A stretch of DNA of 64,000 bases from NCBI GenBank assembly GCA_964016885.1, contig OZ024743.1:163866001-163930000 (forward strand), in the 5' to 3' direction. This DNA comes from Eledone cirrhosa (lineage: Eukaryota). Shown one piece after another: positions 12,171-24,022 of this stretch. Below the pieces are notes generated by a model. The model was not told the origin of the DNA and did no database searches. It saw only the letters and a list, made by a program, of their open reading frames with translations. Position 1 is the stretch's first letter, and each line of letters starts with the position of its first letter. The position numbers and the translations under genes are program-made.

Positions 12171-14207
12171 ATCATCATCATCATTGTTTAATGTCTATCT
12201 TCCACGCTAGCATGGGTTGTGACGGGAATTGTCCCACTTGAGGCAAGATTGTTCAGGTGACCGTGTCTCGCTTGTATGGGACCGGCTGGCAGGTTTTCTA
12301 CAACTGGATGCCCTCCCTAACACCAACCACGTTTACAGTGTGGACTGGGAGGTTGTTATTGTGTTACCTACACGGCCACATTACAGCGTGGACTGTGTGT
12401 CTTTTGTCGTGACACCTACACGACCTCATTTATTTTGGACTGGATGTTGTGGTACCAACATAACTTTACAGAGAAAGGATGGTCTTGGTGGGAGTGGGAG
12501 TGTGGAGTAGGGTAAGTGGGATGGGGTGTATATTTGGTTAAGAGGTGCCTACTGACTGTAGGTTTCGCTTTGTACATAGGCAAGGTGAGTCTTCTGTATT
12601 ACTGCATGACGCCAAAGATCCCGGTTCAGTGACATTGTCTTAGAGAGGTGTAAGTGTGTAAGGTCGGAATTTATGAAATCATCCTAGGTTTTTCTGGGTC
12701 TACCTACACTGTAACTTCCATCAATTTTGATCGCCTTGCACTTTTTATACAGCTGTCATCTTTCATGTGCATCACGTGACCGTACCAACGTAGTCTTCTC
12801 TCGAGTAAACAACATCTGATCCCTCTTATTCCTAATTTCTCACTTAGTTCATTTATGTTTTGCCGTTTGTGTATATTACTATTACACATCCAACGGAGCA
12901 TGCATGTTTCATTCCTCTCCAGTCTGTGCAGGTCCTCTGCACACAATGCCCATGTCTCACTGCCATGTAACATTGCTGTTCGTATACAAGCATCATACAA
13001 TCTGACTTTCATTTTTAGAGAGAAACCTTTAGCGGCCAATAGTGGTATAAGCTCTCTGAACTTTTTCCATCCCATTCTGACTCTGACTACTGTCCTTTCA
13101 GAGCATCCTCCACCACTGCTGATTTTGTCACCCAGGTAACGGAAAGTGTCCACTATTTCTATAGAACCATCTGGGCAATAAAAGGAGCTAGTGTCCTGTG
13201 AGCACTTGCTACTTATTGCACCTGAGCATCAGCCACATATAAAATCTATGTTCTTAGATAGCTTACCTGTGATGCCACTACATCTTTTATGTACCCATAG
13301 TTTGCATTTGGGACATACAATGGAACTTCTATCTATTCCCTTCCTACACACTGAGCATGGCCATTTCCCAGAGGGCACCTGTGCCCTATTTTCCATTCTA
13401 CATACAAGAACTTTAGTCTTAGACAAGTTAACTTTAAGGCCTTTTGATTCTAGGCCATGCTTCCATGTTTGGAATTTCTTCTCTAGTTCAGCCATAGATT
13501 CAGCTATAAGAGTTAGATCATCTGCATATAGGAGTTCCCATGGGCAGCCGGTCTTGAACTCCTCTGTTATAGCCTGAAGGGCAATAATAAATAGGAGGGG
13601 GCTAAGGACAGAGCTCTGATGAACACCAACTTTTACGCTAAATTCTTCACTATATTCATTGTTAATTCTAACCTTGCTGACTGTTTCTTTATACATGGCT
13701 TGTATAGCTCTCACAAGCCATTCATCTACACCTAGTTTTCTAAGAGCCCACCAGATAATGGAGCAGGGGACTCTGTCAAAGGCTTTCACCAAGTCAACAA
13801 AATCTAAGTAGAGGGGTTTCTTTTAGCTAGGTACTTCTCCTGTAGTTGTCATACAAGGAAAAGAGCATTTGTGGTACTTTTACCCGACACAAACCCAAAC
13901 TACAATTCCTCTAGATCATTTCGCTCTCTGATTAGTTGCGCTATAACACTTTCTGTAACCTTCATGACCTGGTCAACTAACTTAATGCCTTTGTAGTTTC
14001 CCCTATCTAGAGCATCTCCTTTACCCTTGTAGCAGTTAATGATGATACTGCTACGCCAGTCATTTGGTATGACTCCATTCTGTATTACTTGGTTTACTAT
14101 CCGGGTGACCATAGTGTGTCCCACCATTCCAGATACTTTCAGCATCTCAGCAACTATTTCCGAAGGCCCAGCTGCCTGGCCTGTCTTCATATCTTTGATT
14201 GCCTTAC
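12171..14207 (-). mobile_element. RTE LINE (subfamily B), 5'-truncated and frameshifted
   Basis: ORFs 13900..14190, 13229..13792 (ELLYADD plus Cys/His finger) and 12704..13153 (YLG, HGSETW). A (CAT)n tail lies at 12171. Confidence 0.95.
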
Positions 14208-14310
14208 ATGTTTGTGTATATTTTAATTATTTAAAAATTATTTTTAAGTGAACATGATTTTTTAAAAATATTTTTAAGGAAATATGACCCAATAGGTCAT
14301 AGGTGGTCTA

Positions 14311-14388
<78 letters not shown>

Positions 14389-14404
14389 ATATACATACAT
14401 ATAC

Positions 14405-14703
14405 ACAAAGAAACGTTAAAAAAGATCCACACTTTTGCTGAAACTTTCTTAGGATGGCCACGTTGCCTTCAGCACTTGCATCTTCAAAGGTGGTATTCTT
14501 GTGGTTACATAACCAAAGTTTCATCTTGAGAGCTACAGTTTTCTTCCTTGTGTTACAGAGTAAACATGACTGCTCAGTTGGCTGTGTGCATCAAGGAAGA
14601 ACAGAGATCAGTGATCTGATATCTCTGTTCTGAAGGTGTCTCAGGGCTGAAATTCATCGCAAGCTTTCAGTACAACACAGGGCTAATGCTCTACTACGTA
14701 GAG
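14405..14703 (+). mobile_element. Mariner transposon 5' remnant
   Basis: From the ATG at 14566: MTAQLAVCIKEEQRSVI*YLCSEGVS/AEIHRKLSVQH, resembling the mariner N-terminal HTH. Confidence 0.65.
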
Positions 14704-15547
14704 TTCTTCTTTCCTTATGGTACTATTTCATAATTTGTAAGCCATAACAAAAATTGATCTAAGCAATCGATCATTTATCACCAACTATTGATTTTGGCAA
14801 AGCTGCAGGAGTCATGAATCGATCAGCAGAAGATTCGTCTTTGGATAAGTTCCAATAGAGTATAGAGTACAAAATACTTTTATATCTGCCGGGAGTTAAG
14901 CCAACACCATAGACAGCATGATGTGAAAAGGTTTTAACTGGCAGCAGATATAAATAGGATTGCACGTTGTATCCTCTATAAAGAGGTGCAAAGTACTAGT
15001 CACAGTATAAGCAGTTCAACAAATTAAGAATTTGGAGCAGTTATATACTAATTTAAGGTATAACAACATATATAATATGTATGATGCTTATGTTTCTCAG
15101 TAGAAAAGCTCAATGGACATTTGCCCCAAAGCATCAATAATTCAAATTAAAAGATATATGTATAGGGAGAGAGAGAGAAAGAGCCATATATCGTTTGAGA
15201 AGCACATAGTGTTTTGTACATATATAAAGCATATAATACGAATCATGAAATGGTACCATAAGGAAAAAAGAACTTTTCCACCTTGAAGTACGTATTTTTT
15301 CCTAAATATTATGTGCTTTATGTGTGTAGAAAATACTATGCTATTCTCAAACAATGATATATGGCTCTTCCTCTTTCTTTCTCTACATATATCTTTTAAT
15401 TTGAGTATGTGTTGGTTGGTTACTGACACTTCAGTATGCAGGGTAGAGCACTCAAGGAAGTACGCAGGGGGTCTGTTTACTCCAGAGTAATTTAAAAACA
15501 AAAAGTGTAAGTCAGCAGGTTAAAATTAACTTCGTTTATTCATATTC

Positions 15548-15606
15548 GCTGTAATATATATTTCGGTGATAACCATTATTCAGCAGCTATGACCTCATCA
15601 GACAGC
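15548..15606 (-). ncRNA. Type I hammerhead ribozyme
   Basis: Minus strand reads GCTGT CTGATGA GGTcATAGC...GTTATcACC GAAA TATATA TT ACAGC. Stem I is GCTGT/ACAGC, the core is intact, stem III is palindromic, and AATAAA follows ~8 nt downstream. Confidence 0.8.
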
Positions 15607-16128
15607 TAGAACTTGAACAGAAAAAACAAAAAGTTTACTTCCATTATTTCAGTCCTTTGATATGCCTTGTCCCAAAGTATGGTGTTGTTCTTTGAGAAAA
15701 CAACACCATATATAGATATAGATATTTATGTGTGTATGTATATAATGAACACAACTGACCTAAGATGCAGAAAGTTTAACTTTAGCCTAGACTACAACAA
15801 AAGGGTTGGCGCCAGGAAGGGTATTCAACTGTAAACATTCAACCTCATTATGAGTGTGAAGCCTGTCAGGAAAGCTGCAAGGTTACCCTCTGTTTTAACA
15901 GAGAGTAACCTTATAATGCTTGTCGTTGCTGTGTATGTGTGTGTGTATATATATGTGTGTGTGTGTTTGAAGCACTTTCCAAATATAAACATATACACAC
16001 TGAAACTATCACACATGCTCTCTCTCTCTCTCACACACATGCTTACACACACACAGATTTGTGCTTTTGTCTGTGAAAGATGTCATATTTTGTCATTTAG
16101 AATTATTGTTTACAAGTGCTTAGCATTT

Positions 16129-16179
<51 letters not shown>

Positions 16180-16359
16180 CTGAAAAGTGACCTAATCTAC
16201 TGACTGAAGCCTATCATAAGTGTTATATGTATATATAGTATAACTTGGCAGTTAAGTTTTTTTATGATTATGATAAATTTAAATGGGGGCATTTATATAC
16301 AAGTTAAATATGATAGTAAAAGATGTGATGGTACTGTCTGTGGAAATCAAACTACACAG

Positions 16360-16555
16360 AACCACTATGCTAAGACGCATGCACCCTTAACGTAATTCTT
16401 AGGAAGATTAAGTATGACACGGTGTATAACACAGCTACACCTCATTTTTGCCAGCTAAATGTACTGTCAATCTGAAATAAAGTGTCTTACTTGAGGACAA
16501 AACTTAAAATGCTTCTAATTTGAGTACCCTAATCAGTAAGCCATATGCCTTCACG
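16360..16555 (-). mobile_element. Decayed CORE-like SINE
   Basis: The segment tgaaataaagtgtcttacttgagg and the head taagccatatgccttca resemble the other tRNA/CORE SINEs. Confidence 0.5.
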
Positions 16556-17225
16556 GAGATCATTAGAGTAACAATAGAAGTGCCAGAGAAGAAAAACTGT
16601 GATCATGATTTAGCTCTATAATAATTTAGCAGAAAATATCTAAAAATGGGTTTGTTAATTCAAACGTTTACTAGTGGACAGATTGTTGTGAAAATTTGCA
16701 GTGTTAAAATGAAGATTTTAATTTTTAATGTGATAAATGCAGTTTCAGGAATGCTTTGCAAATGTAGTTTTATGTGGTGTACTTTGCTTTATCTTTGTTG
16801 GGAGGATATAGCAACCTCTCTAGTACTGATTACATGATAAAATGCAATCAGTACACTCAGTAAAATGCTGAAACTTATGTAAGCAAGATGCAGACCCTGG
16901 CCTATCAATTAAGTACTGTCTTTGACTATGAGGACCTGTCCAACCAACGCCAGCATGGAAGAACTGATGTTAACTTATGATGTCCTTGCTAAGACATGAA
17001 CACAGAATGTAAAGATAAGTAACTAAATAGCACAATACATTCACTCCTCAGTGGTGTCATGTTTAGAATTAATCTAGAATGTATATGTGACTTGTGTCAT
17101 TTATACGTTTGGTAAAATATTAGTCTGATTGACATAAACCAGGAATGGAGATGACATTGCCTGTCTTAAAGTGTTCAGACACAAATTATGATGTAAGAAA
17201 TTTTAAAGTTATGTTAAAAAAAATC

Positions 17226-17266
17226 AGCTGCTGCTGATGCTGCTGATGCTGATGCTGCTGCTTCTT

Positions 17267-17299
<33 letters not shown>

Positions 17300-17376
17300 C
17301 TTCTTCTTCTTCTTCTTCTTCTTCTTCTTCTTCTTCTTCTTCTTCTTCTTCTTCTTCTTCTTCTTCTTCTTCTTCT
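17226..17376. repeat. (GCT/GAT)n plus (CTT)n microsatellite; probable expanded (GAA)n LINE tail
   Basis: Pure triplet run abutting the 3' side of the minus-strand LINE at 17380. Confidence 0.9.
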
Positions 17377-17379
17377 CTG

Positions 17380-19720
17380 AGCTATGCACTCTAACGAGTA
17401 ACATTACTCCAAAGACCCAGAGGAATGCCATTTTCAGCTGATTCATGACTATAGGTAGTTGGCATGAAAACCGAATTGAAGATAACGAGTTTGGCTTATA
17501 CACCTAATTCCTTTCTTCTGATTACTGAGTGCTGAAGCTGGTGCATTACTGCACCAGCTACTACAATTCTTGCACTTAATTCAGCCACCTGCCTTCCATA
17601 CCTGTGAACACAGAGATACTTGAACTTCTCTACCTGCTTCAGTGAAACTCCATTTACATGTAGCAGGCACTGTGCAGGCTTCCTTGAGAGGACGAGTGTC
17701 TCAGTCTTCGCAGCACTGATTTTCATTCCCGCCATGCAGCACTCATCATGAAACCTATCAAGTGTAAGTTGAAGATCACCTTCTGTCAAGTTAAGTAACA
17801 TCATGTCGTCTGCAAATTCCAGCTGACTAATTTTACACCTGCCAGTCATAATACCACTTCCAATTCAGCTACCTATGTCAATCCTGTTCATGAAAATAAT
17901 GAACAGGATAGGTGACAATACACAACCATAGCGGAGTCTGACTCCCACATTGAATGGTTTTAATTTGGCACCATTTATCTGAACAGAAATACTTGGGCAT
18001 TCGTATAGAGACATCAGGGCAGCAAGAAACTGACCAGTGATCCCATACTTCTGGACAGCCTTCCACAGCAGGTCCTGAGGAATGCGATCATATGCCTTTT
18101 CAAGGTTGACAAAACTAGAATATACCTCTTGGCAATACTCCCACCATTTCTCGATGTGAATATTTGGTTGGCTGTGCTGTGTCTGAGGTGAAAACCACAC
18201 TCTGTTCGTCAGTTAACTTGACTTGACAATCTCCCTATATCTCTTTGCCAGACACTAAGCATAGACTTTGCCAGGATGGCTTAACAAGGAGATTCCTCTG
18301 TAATTAGAACAATCTCTCTTGTCTCCCTTTTTGAAAATTGCGATTATCACTCCCGATTGCCATTGCTTAGATGCCTTTCCAGAGATCTAGGCCACCCGGC
18401 ACACACAAGTCGGCCAGAGAATACATTCTCTATTTAAGGCTTTTAACTCCTCTAGCCAGATTTCATCTTCCCCAGTGGCCTTGCCACATTTGAGTTCTTT
18501 ATCTGCTCTTCAGACCTCAGTCTTTGAGAGATTAGCCACAACTCTCAGATGCACCATATGTACATCCGAAGATGCTGTTGTGATCCTGTTTAGGAGATCA
18601 GCAAAGTATTTTCTCCACTGTGCGAGAATTCACCTCTCTGAAGAGAGAATCCCCAGACACGTACTTGATAGCAGGTGTGGAGGAGGGCTTCTTATTTCAA
18701 AGTTGGCAGATTTTATTTAATCTGAAGTCGGATTCCAGCTTAACCCCAAAGTCGTCCCATGTCTTAACTTGGGAAGCCTTTACTGTCTCTGTTGCGATTT
18801 GTTGTGCCTTCTAGTACAGCAAGTGCAAAACTTATTTCCAAGCCAAGCTCTGTAAGCCTCTTTCTTTGCTCAGATGGCATCTTCAACCTATTGATTAACC
18901 CAAAGGATCATTCTGCCATCCGGCGCTGCACCAATTCTCTTTCACCCACAGCATTTAACAGCTAAAGCAGAAACTGCTGCACTGAACAATCTCCACTCTG
19001 TTTCAATGTCCTCAGTTTTTTCAGTGAGTTCTCTGAATTTGGATGCATTAATATATGCATACATTGTCCTGACTTCTTTACCCACCAATACTTTCCACTT
19101 TATCCTGTAGGTCGCCCTGTGCCTGCCAGTTTTGTGGTCTTCTTTGGCGTTATGTAGTCTCCAGTTGAAGATAACTAGAGGGTGATTAGTTGACAGCTCA
19201 GCCCCTCTCTTAACACAAACATCCAGGACAGAATCAAAGAGATCAGAGACAATAACAAAATCAATTATTGATCTCTGTCCCTGTTCCCCTTATACCATGT
19301 ATATTCATGGATGTCTTTGTATTGGAAAAATGTGTTCATAATATAAAGTCCAATGCTAAAACAGAAGTCTAATAAGGCCTCTCTATTCGTATTTAGATCA
19401 GGGTCACCATTCCTTCCCATCATTCTTTCTCATGTCAAGAGGCCAGTGCCAGAATGTGCATTGAAGTCTCCCATCAGGATATATGACACAGTCTTAACTA
19501 CATCTAACACTGCAGTGACCTTATCAAAGAAGCACCTGTATTCGGACTACTTGGTTGGTGCATAAACTTGCACCAACCACAGAGACCTATCTTTCAACCT
19601 AAGCTTCAAGAGGCAAATCCTTCCTCCTAATGGGATCCAGTCCGTAACGCATTCTGACAGCTGGGGGCTTCTGAGTATCTCCACACCTGCCTGTGCAATC
19701 ATTTCTGCTGCCACACCTGC
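17380..19720 (-). mobile_element. Old RTE-clade LINE (family without the finger insertion), endonuclease and RT remnants
   Basis: ORF 17865..18200 has FVNLEKAYDRI and GCVLSPILF; ORF 17496..17849 has FADD and EKFKYL. AP-endonuclease remnants (VQVYAP, GDFNAH, IDF) lie at 19150-19580. Confidence 0.85.
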
Positions 19721-19872
19721 AACCCATTCTCTTGCAGAACAGCTCTGTTGAGAAAAATGTAAAAGTTGTTTTACTAAATTTTACAAAATTTTGATTATTT
19801 TAAAAATTACTTCAAACTCATTGGCAGATGGTCATGGAAGTATTATTGTTACAAATCTTTTCATATGCCAGT

Positions 19873-21336
19873 TTCGTGGGTTAGTCAAAAAGTAATGCAA
19901 TTTGTTTCATTATATAAGAAATAAGGACACAATGAAACATATCATACATCAAAATATAGCTATACATTACAGGTTCACAGCCCTACTTCTCAACATAGTC
20001 AACACCTCTTTTAATAGCAATGTTTCACCTATGAATGAGCACATGTACCCCAGCTTCGTAAAACTCAACTGGTTGCTGATGTTTCCAATTCCTTACAACA
20101 GTTTTGACTTCTTTATCACCACCATAACATTTTCCCCCTCAATGCCTCTTTTATTCAAAGAGATGGAAGTTTGAGGGTGCTAAGTCAGGTCGGTAGGAAG
20201 AATGAGAGTTGTCCATCTGAAGGAGTTTATTACCCCCTATGTTCTAAGGCTCAAGTGAGTCCTGCCATTGTCATGTTGAAGCACTTCATTTATCTCAAAT
20301 TTAATCATACGCGGCAGGTTCTTGCTCTAAGTCTTTTAATGGTGTCAATGTATGTTTCAGAATTCACTGTTTCTCCTCTTGGCAAGAAATTAGCAAGAAT
20401 AACACCTTGAGCATCCCAAAAGATAGTTGCCATGATTTTTCCAGCTGACTTTTCTACCTTGAACTTTTTTGTGTTTGGATATGTCAGATGATGCCATTCC
20501 ATTGATTGTCTTTTTGGTTCTGGTTCATAATAATTGTTTCTACTTTTGGCACAAGGCCAGCAAATTACCCAGTGCATTACTGGTACTTTATTTTATTGAC
20601 CTCGTAAGGATGAAAGGCAAAGTTCACCTCGGCGGGATTTGAACTCAGAATGGAAAGGGCCGAAACTCTATGCTGCAAAGCATGGCATCCGACCCTGAAT
20701 CCAAGTTATGAACCTTTGAGAGAAGGTTTTGTCACTTTCACTGACTTCAACGACTTCAGTGCAACATTTAACCCTTTCAATCCTGTGCTCATGTGTCAGT
20801 TGTTTTGGTATCCAGCAGGCACACACTTTTGAATCTCCAAATGACTCAATAATGCCAGCACTACTCTGGCTAACTCTGAGCACTGATACCAGCTCATCAA
20901 TGATTATGCACCTAACAGCTCCGAATAAAGCGTCTGTTTTTTCTTTGCTGGCAAGATTGACAGAAGATGATGGGTAGCCACTACGAAGCATGTCTGCTAA
21001 GCTTGAATTTTCCATTTCTTCTTGGTCTGTTGAATTCTTATTCTGACTGTGGGCTCATTACTACACATTGCTGTAGTCTAAAGCTTTATCTTTGTATATG
21101 TTTTTCAGTCTTTTGTGAATATTTACAGGCAACTAGGAACTTGATTACAGCTCTTTGCTTCTGACAGACTTCCAGCCAGGCAACCATTTTCATATCAGTT
21201 CATTTATTCATATATCTGAAAAAATTAAAATTAATGATGTGCTTTTATTACATTTGTACCAAATTTCAAATAATTTTTCTTTGAGAAATGTCCCTCCTAT
21301 GACAAAAATTTCATTACTTTTTGATACACACTCATA
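19873..21336 (-). mobile_element. Decayed full-length mariner (Tc1/mariner) element with nested SINE
   Basis: Transposase remnants WIPKQL (WVPREL motif) and YYEPEPKRQSMEW...KSAGKIMATIFWD. Imperfect TIRs share tcaaaaagtaatg. Length is ~1.3 kb after removing the SINE. Confidence 0.9.
20527..20695 (-). mobile_element. tRNA-derived SINE (Meta-like central domain) inserted in the mariner
   Basis: Minus strand has B box GAGTTCAAATC and gcctttcatccttacgaggtcaataaaataaagtacc. It splits the transposase frame. Confidence 0.85.
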
Positions 21337-21844
21337 TATTAAATTATTGTTTTGTTCTTAAGGCTGGCACTCTGTACTTCATGAAACTGCATTATCAAGA
21401 CATTCTTGAAAAGTTCAAAATATCACTTCAACTGCATCACAGTAAAAATAAAAGTCTTTAATACTGCTAATTTTCACAATGATCTGTCCAGTAGTAAAAA
21501 TACTATAAACATTTGAATCAACATGCCTGTTTTCAGATATTCTCTACTAAATCATTGCAGGATGTTAATAGTTCACCTGATTTTTTTTTTTATTTTGTCA
21601 ACAGGCAGTTACAAAATTGAATGCTACCAACTTTTATCACCCATTGTATAATCAATACTCACATACACCCACTCCCACACATATATACATTAACTAGACC
21701 ATGCAATCCATGTTGTAATTTCACAAAGGTTGTCTAGGTAGGTATCTTAAACCTTCTGTGGTAGTAAAATGTACCATAAAATGCACCATAAAGTAAGATA
21801 ACAGTGACCTATTCATAAATGTAGGGCAAGTGTTTTTGATATAT

Positions 21845-22445
21845 AATAATAGTTTCCTCTTTTGGCACAAGGCCAGCAATTATCCCAGTGCATTACTGAT
21901 ACTTTATTTTATCGACCCCATAAAGACAAAAGGCAAAGTTAACCTCGATGGGATTTGAACTCAGATTGTAAAGGGACGTAACCATGCTGGAAAGCACAGC
22001 GTCCAACCCTCTACCAATACTGCCAATCCACTGCTCTCATATTTTTGATATATAATAATGATTTCTAATCTAGTTACAATGCCTGCAATTTGTTGGGAGG
22101 AGGAAAATGACCCAGTATTTGACTGGTACTTTATTTTATCGACCTGAAAAGGATGAAAGGAAAAGTTGAACCTATTGGAATTTGAACCCAGAACACAGAG
22201 AGCTGAAACAAATAATAATAATAATTTCTGATTTAGGCACAAGGTCAGAAATTTTGGGGGAGGAGAAAGTTGATTCAATCAGCCCCAGTGCGTGACTGGT
22301 ACTTTATTTTATTGACCCCGTAAGGATGAAAGGCAATACTAACCTCAGCAGGATTTGAACTCAGAACATAAAGGTCCATAACTCTATATGCCCCAAAGCA
22401 GGGTGTCCGACCTCAGCAAGATTTGAACTTAGAATGTAAAGATGT
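21845..22445 (-). mobile_element. Cluster of three Meta-like tRNA SINE copies
   Basis: Repeated ggtactttattttatcgaccc..aaggatgaaaggcaaagt..gatttgaactcag at ~21890, ~22125 and ~22295. Confidence 0.85.
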
Positions 22446-22694
22446 GGAGCAAAGAGATTTTTTTGTTCAATCCTCGAATATATATGTTATGTATTAAATG
22501 TATAATATATATACAATATACATATATTGCATGAAAGAATACAAGCCTGGATAGAATAAAAAATAGAGAACTGATTCGATTCGGGGACTGCCTGCTCATT
22601 CGGTGTTATAGTGATGGCAGACAGACCCTGAATTTTCTATTTTCTATTCTCTGTTTGGGTTCAACGTAATCCTGTTATATAATTCTGCAAATAA

Positions 22695-22765
22695 CACCTG
22701 ATGAAATCACCTAGTCTTGCATCATGATTGGATGTTAGGGCTGGGCCATCGAAATATGTATAGTG
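22695..22765 (+). ncRNA. Type I hammerhead ribozyme-like motif with extended stem II
   Basis: CAC CTGATGA [aatca CCTAGTCTT GCATC..GATGT t AGGGCTGGG ccatc] GAAA TATGTA TA GTG. The core is intact, the base of stem II is mismatched, and ATTAAA lies downstream. Confidence 0.65.
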
Positions 22766-22994
22766 CTTTCGGAGAATTAAAATTCTAAAGTAAATTCTCC
22801 AGTCTGGCCTTCTGTTGTTGCCTAACATAAATGGTACATGTATATAAAATCGTTTAGATATGTAAATAACACAACCATATAAAGGCAAAGAATAATTCAA
22901 AACTCAAATGTGATTTTATAGTCCAGAGCAAAATAGGTAAAAGACAGTTCAGAGTTTAATCCAATCTGTCACAGTAGTTTTACAATATCACACT

Positions 22995-23216
22995 ATATAT
23001 AAAATGAATAAAAATAACCAGGATTAAATTACATTAAATTATTTAAGTGATTTACAAATGTTTCTAATTATGTTATTTATGTTGTTTAATAGATTCTAAA
23101 GAAATCAATGCAGAGGAAAAAATGTATTTTCTTACTGTATTGATAGAAACCTTCGTAAATCACTTGAATAATTTAATGTAATTTAATCCTGGATATTTTT
23201 ATTCATCCCATATATA
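22995..23216. repeat. Foldback/MITE-like element with ~70-bp inverted arms
   Basis: atgaataaaaataaccaggattaaattacattaaattatttaagtgatttac (23004-23055) is matched by its reverse complement at ~23155-23206. Both flanks are TA. Confidence 0.8.
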
Positions 23217-23719
23217 TTTAAACATTTCCAAAGTATATGTTTATTGTCTTTAAAGACACATAACAGTCTTCGGCCAGAAAATTGTGAATATTCTCAACCA
23301 GCATTGATGTTCTAATGTCCCTCTCCCTCCCACACCTCTCATCATCTCTCACTTCCTCGCTACTGTAATCGGCTCATACAAGTTAATCCATAAGCAGTCT
23401 GGGGCATTTCATAAGTTTCTGTAGCATTTTGGCCCAGTTTAACACAAAACCTTATTGCATAGCGAACTTTCAAATTGTCTTCACGTCCCAACTGCATTCT
23501 GTAAACTAGTTAGCTGTGACAACCAGTGTTTAATAAGGTGTATTCAAATTACTGTTACAGCTGTCTCCTTCATTCTGAAATAACAAGAGTTGACAAGTCA
23601 GTTTATTAGATGTATAGTGATGATATACTAAAATTACAATAGTCTAGGACAGTTATAACTGCCTCTCCTAAAAAGTCTCAAAATGTCTATAATGCACCTT
23701 GTATATATATATATATATA

Positions 23720-24022
23720 TCATCATCATCATCATTTCATTTTACGTCCGCTTTTTCCTGCTTGCAAGGGTGGGACGGGAACTGATTCTGGCTTGATTTC
23801 TACAACCGGATGCCCTTCCTAACACCAACCTCATTTACAGTAATTGCTGGGTGCTTTTTTGCCGTGGCACCTCCATGACCACTTTGCAGTGGAATGATAA
23901 GGACCCAGTCCCTATCATCTCATTTCTACAGCTGAGTAAACTGGAGCAATGTGAAATAAAGTGTCTTGCTCAACCTTACGATTGCAAGGCCAATGCTCTA
24001 ACCACTAAGCCATGTGCCTCCA
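23720..24022 (-). mobile_element. tRNA/CORE-like SINE with RTE tail; internal deletion removes the B box
   Basis: Aligns to 4051-4402 except for a ~40-bp deletion at 23972. Confidence 0.9.

Noticed and set aside
17186-17503. ORF with hydrophobic N-terminus and poly-Lys/Gln run
   Set aside because: It is the end of a decayed LINE running into a (GAA)n microsatellite.
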